Shown in pieces: positions 60,567 through 64,000 of a DNA stretch of 64,000 nt (its first letter is position 1; the number at the start of each line of letters is the position of its first letter). The stretch is from Felis catus. Its lineage: Eukaryota. A program made the translations under genes and the position numbers. A model generated the notes under the pieces. It did not search any database. It saw nothing but the letters and a program-made list of their open reading frames with translations, and was not told the origin of the DNA. The stretch spans positions 117,864,001-117,928,000 of the forward strand of contig NC_058368.1 of assembly GCF_018350175.1 (NCBI RefSeq). The letters run 5' to 3'.

Positions 60567-60965
60567 GGGGCACCTGAGAAGTTCAGTCCGTTAGATGTTC
60601 TACTGTTGATTTCAGCTCAAGTCATAATCTCATGGTCATGAGATCAAGTGAGCCCTGCGTTGGGCTCCACGCTTGGTGAGGAGACTGCATAATAGTCTCT
60701 CTCCTGGAGCACCTGGGGCTCAGTTAAATGTCCTTCTTTGGCTCATGTCATGATCTTGTGGTTCGTGAGTTCAAGCCCCACGTTGGGCTCTGTGCTGACA
60801 GCTCAGAGCCTGGAGCCTGCTTCGGATTCTGTGTCTCCCTGCCTCTTTGCCCCTCCCCTGCTCGTGCTCTCTCTCTCTCTCTCTCTCAAAAATAAATAAA
60901 CTTAAAAATATACATATTCTCTCTCTCCCTTTCCCTCTGCCGCTCCCTTGCTCATACTTTTGCTC
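60567..60965 (+). mobile_element. Older CanSINE containing a nested SINEC_Fc-type insertion (60706-60913)
   Basis: Outer body interrupted at atagtctctctcc / atattctctctctcc; outer A tail absent. Confidence 0.88.
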
Positions 60966-61563
60966 TGTACTATGTCATCTTAGCTAAGCTAGAACTGTGT
61001 CTCCGAGAATTCCCTTCTTTTATGGTGTCAGTCTAGTGTTTGGCCACAAAGGACATTTTGTTCCAGATCTGGAAGGTGGAAATGAAGCAGCAGCCGTATC
61101 TATATGCTCTCGAGGTTGGTGTCCATTGCCAGGCACTGAGAATGTTCTGGCTTACCTGGTTGTTTTGGGGCAGCATCTGGACTCTCAGCTCCATTAGCTC
61201 CCACCGTATCTGCTCCTTCAGCTTCTCCAGCTTCTTTGGCCACGTGCGTGTAGCTCTCTGGTGGTGAAAAGGTGCCAGATTCTGCTGGAGGTCACACATG
61301 GCATTCAGGTGGGAAGTAAGAGAAAGACATGGGTACCAATTTGCTTTCTGGTGTTCCACATCGCCTTTGATCTTCTCCACATCCAGCTTTCCTTCCCAAC
61401 TGCCAGTCTTTAGAAACTTTAGGCTCAATAGAGTTGCAGAGACAACAGTCTGCATAGACAATTCTGCCAGCTCCACAACTGTGTAAGCTCTCAGCCCTGT
61501 AACAAATCCCTTATCCTGTATCACTTGTAGTTGTTTTACATCTCTGTGTGAACCCTGATTAAT
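60962..61563 (+). mobile_element. ERVL-class LTR (LTR52-like)
   Basis: 'tagctaagctagaactgtgtctccgagaattcccttc...ggaaggtggaaatgaagcagcagcc', end 'aacaaatcccttatcc...gaaccctgattaat'. Confidence 0.65.
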
Positions 61564-63956
61564 TTCTTTCATGATTTGTTCTCCTTCATTTCCTCTGTTC
61601 TTTCTTTCTGGAACCCCTGTTAACTGAAGATTGCCTTCCTGGATACGCCCTCCACTTTTCTTATTGCTTCTCTCGTATTCTTCACCTTTGTCATTTTACT
61701 CTACTTCGTAGGGGTGTTCTTCAGTTTTACCTTCCAATATCTCTGTTGAATTTTAAATTTGTGCTGTGTATGTGTAATTTCCAGGAGTTTTTGTTTGTTT
61801 GTTTGTTTGTTTTTTAGTGTTGGGATCTTCCTTTTTTTTGTAGCATACTGTTCTTTTTCCGTGGATGTAACAATATCCTAACACACAGAAAATAGTAATG
61901 ATAGTTTGTAAAAGAGATTTCTTCTTCATGCACTCTAATTCCTCCAGAAAACTTTTTTTGAACATTTGTGTTGCTCTCCACCTTTCATTTGCCTTTCCTC
62001 AAATATCTAGTGACCCTTGTCTATTCATATTAAAGAATGAGGTCCCTGAGTTTGTGGTACTTCCTGGCTGTGATCTTTACTATAAACTAATCTGGCTGGC
62101 TCCTTCATTGGGAAACTCTTGATTTTAGTATTTTGTATCATTTTTCTTGGGCTAGTCAAATTCTCCAGAGAAGGGGTTTCCATCTCTTGCCTGGAGAGCG
62201 CAGGACTGGCTGCTACCTCTCTGGAAACCAAAGTAGGAAGGAGGACGAGGGGCGGGGACCTGAGCATTCAATATGTCAGTGTCGCTTCATCCCTCTGTTT
62301 TTCCATGGTATCCTCACTCTCAGCTGTAGGGTTTTCTCTAATCCAGACTCCTCCTGTTCTCTCTCCTGAGAAGAATGCTCAGTCTTCTGCTCTGCTCCCA
62401 GTTGGGGAAGTAGGAGTCACAAGGCTGACTGGAGTGGAGTAGGGGATCTGGGATCCCCTCCCTAAAACCAACACCACCCCTATTTTTATCTCCACCCCAC
62501 TCCCACTTTAGGAGATGGATAGTGTTCCCTATCCCAGGCCCTTGTGGGGGAAGTCTGAGCCATAATCTGGCATCTGCTTGGCTTTCTCCACAGCTGATTT
62601 AGCGTTCAGCTTTCTCGGGTCTGCAAAGTCCATTAACATTCATTCCATCTTCTAAAGTTTTGTTGGTGTGAGCTCAATGTCTATGTTATTTACCTTGTAG
62701 GTTTTAAAACTTTTTTCATTCATCACTTAATTCATTTATTCCACCAATATTTATGAGTCCATACTATGTGCCAGACATTGGTTTGGCTTTTAAAAAAATC
62801 AATTTACTCTTTTAATGGAGTTTTGGATGGGAGCAAGCACATTTATGTGTATTCAATCCCTCATCTTTCCTTGGAAGTCAAAATTTTTTTTCTTTAATTA
62901 GTTAAAAAGGAGTAATAATATTTACCCATGGGGTTGGTAAAGGATTGAAATAATGCATATGAAGTATCTAGCACCGTGCCCAGCACATAGTAAGGACCCA
63001 GTAAATTGTAATCAGTATGGTTATTTTAGTCTTTACTGGCCTCAAATAGACCCATTGTGGATGTTTAAGAATTATATAGACATTCTGTTTTGTTGAGGGC
63101 ATTTATGGTCAGGTAGATTATGCACATTATGGATTGCATTGCAAATTTTCAATTTTTGGCTGACCTCTCATTAAGCCATTACAGGTGTGTTGAGAGGACA
63201 CAGTCTCAGCTTAAGGCGAGCCCCCAAGCAATCTCGATGGTGACTGTGCAATTTGGATGGAGAACAAATCCTACATGATGGTCCAAAGTCAGGTAGACAT
63301 CATTTTGAAATTTTCACTACTGGTCTTCTCCATTAACATGACACTGGATATTTCCTCAGTAAGTGATGCTCTACAAAGCACTACCATAATTATTCTCATT
63401 TTAGCCCTGACAGGTGGGGCTGTTCCATTTTATAACTTGAGAATCTGTGTCTCTAAAAAGTGATAGACCTTGTCTTTTGACACATAGCCAACAAGCAACT
63501 AATTAAGCCAAGATTAGCGTACAGTTTTGTTCCCTTTTTTTTTTCTCTCCAATTCTACTAACTGAGAAGAACCCAAGAATCCTGAATTTCCATTGTGTAT
63601 TCATGATGAGGTCTGGGAAATAAATGGTTTCTGTAAGTCAGGAATTTAGGAAGGTCTTGGCTGGGCAGTACACACTTCTTGGGATCTCTTGTGCAATTGC
63701 AGTCACATGTCAGCCAGATTTGCAGCCGTCTGAAAGCTCGATTGAGGCTGGAGGATCCAACATGGCTAATTCACATGCCTGGCACTTGGGTGCTGGCCAA
63801 TAGCTTAGTGTCTATATTTGGCTCTTGTTTCAGCTATCTAAATGCTGCATGACAAATGACCCCCAAATTTAGAGACTTAAAACCAATCATCTTTTTTTTT
63901 TTTTAATAGGGTGGGGGAATAGGGTGGTTTGGTTACAAGATAAAATCTTTCTTGGA

Positions 63957-64000
63957 AGGGCACCTGGGTGGCTCAGTCAATTAAGCATCTGACTCTTGAT
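63957..64000 (+). mobile_element. CanSINE 5' end (cut by the window edge)
   Basis: 'agggcacctgggtggctcagtcaattaagcatctgactcttgat'. Confidence 0.9.

Larger units (their letters stand above)
59380..62879 (-). mobile_element. Near full-length HAL1 (ORF1-only L1 derivative), decayed and interrupted
   Basis: Antisense ORF1-like motifs ('gaattctaggttggaaatcattt', 'ctttctggaacccctgtta'); 5' terminus-like 'ttcaatccctcatctttccttggaagtc'; no ORF2 motifs seen between ORF1 and the 3' end. Confidence 0.6.

Noticed and set aside
61033..61572. 179-aa ORF on the - strand
   Set aside because: Lies within an ERVL-class LTR; not gag, pol or env-like.

Overview
This window is mammalian nuclear DNA, almost certainly from a feliform carnivore (cat family). 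It carries about 26 tRNA-derived CanSINEs, several with the feliform-type body 'GGGCTCTGTGCTGACAGCTCAGAGCCTGGAGCCTGC'. It is repeat-rich intronic or intergenic sequence. I found no supportable host protein-coding exon, RNA gene, CpG-island promoter or CRISPR-like array. The long ORFs in the track are chance or repeat-derived. The only protein-like signals are fossils: a full-length Tigger1 DNA transposon with a broken transposase (11166-13557), an ERV-L provirus remnant with LTR16-like LTR, gag and protease (about 17136-19300), L1 ORF2 fragments, and a near full-length HAL1 (about 59380-62879). The remainder is MIR, L2, MaLR/ERVL LTRs, hAT MITEs and microsatellites. The most notable observations are repeated SINE insertion into the same target site, an AT-rich quasi-palindrome built from direct and inverted copies of a unique anchor, nested insertion series, and several repeat-free motif-dense blocks that could be enhancers. 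I see no evidence for a new biological system. Repeat family names come from my recollection of consensus sequences, not from a search, and the boundaries of old repeats are approximate.
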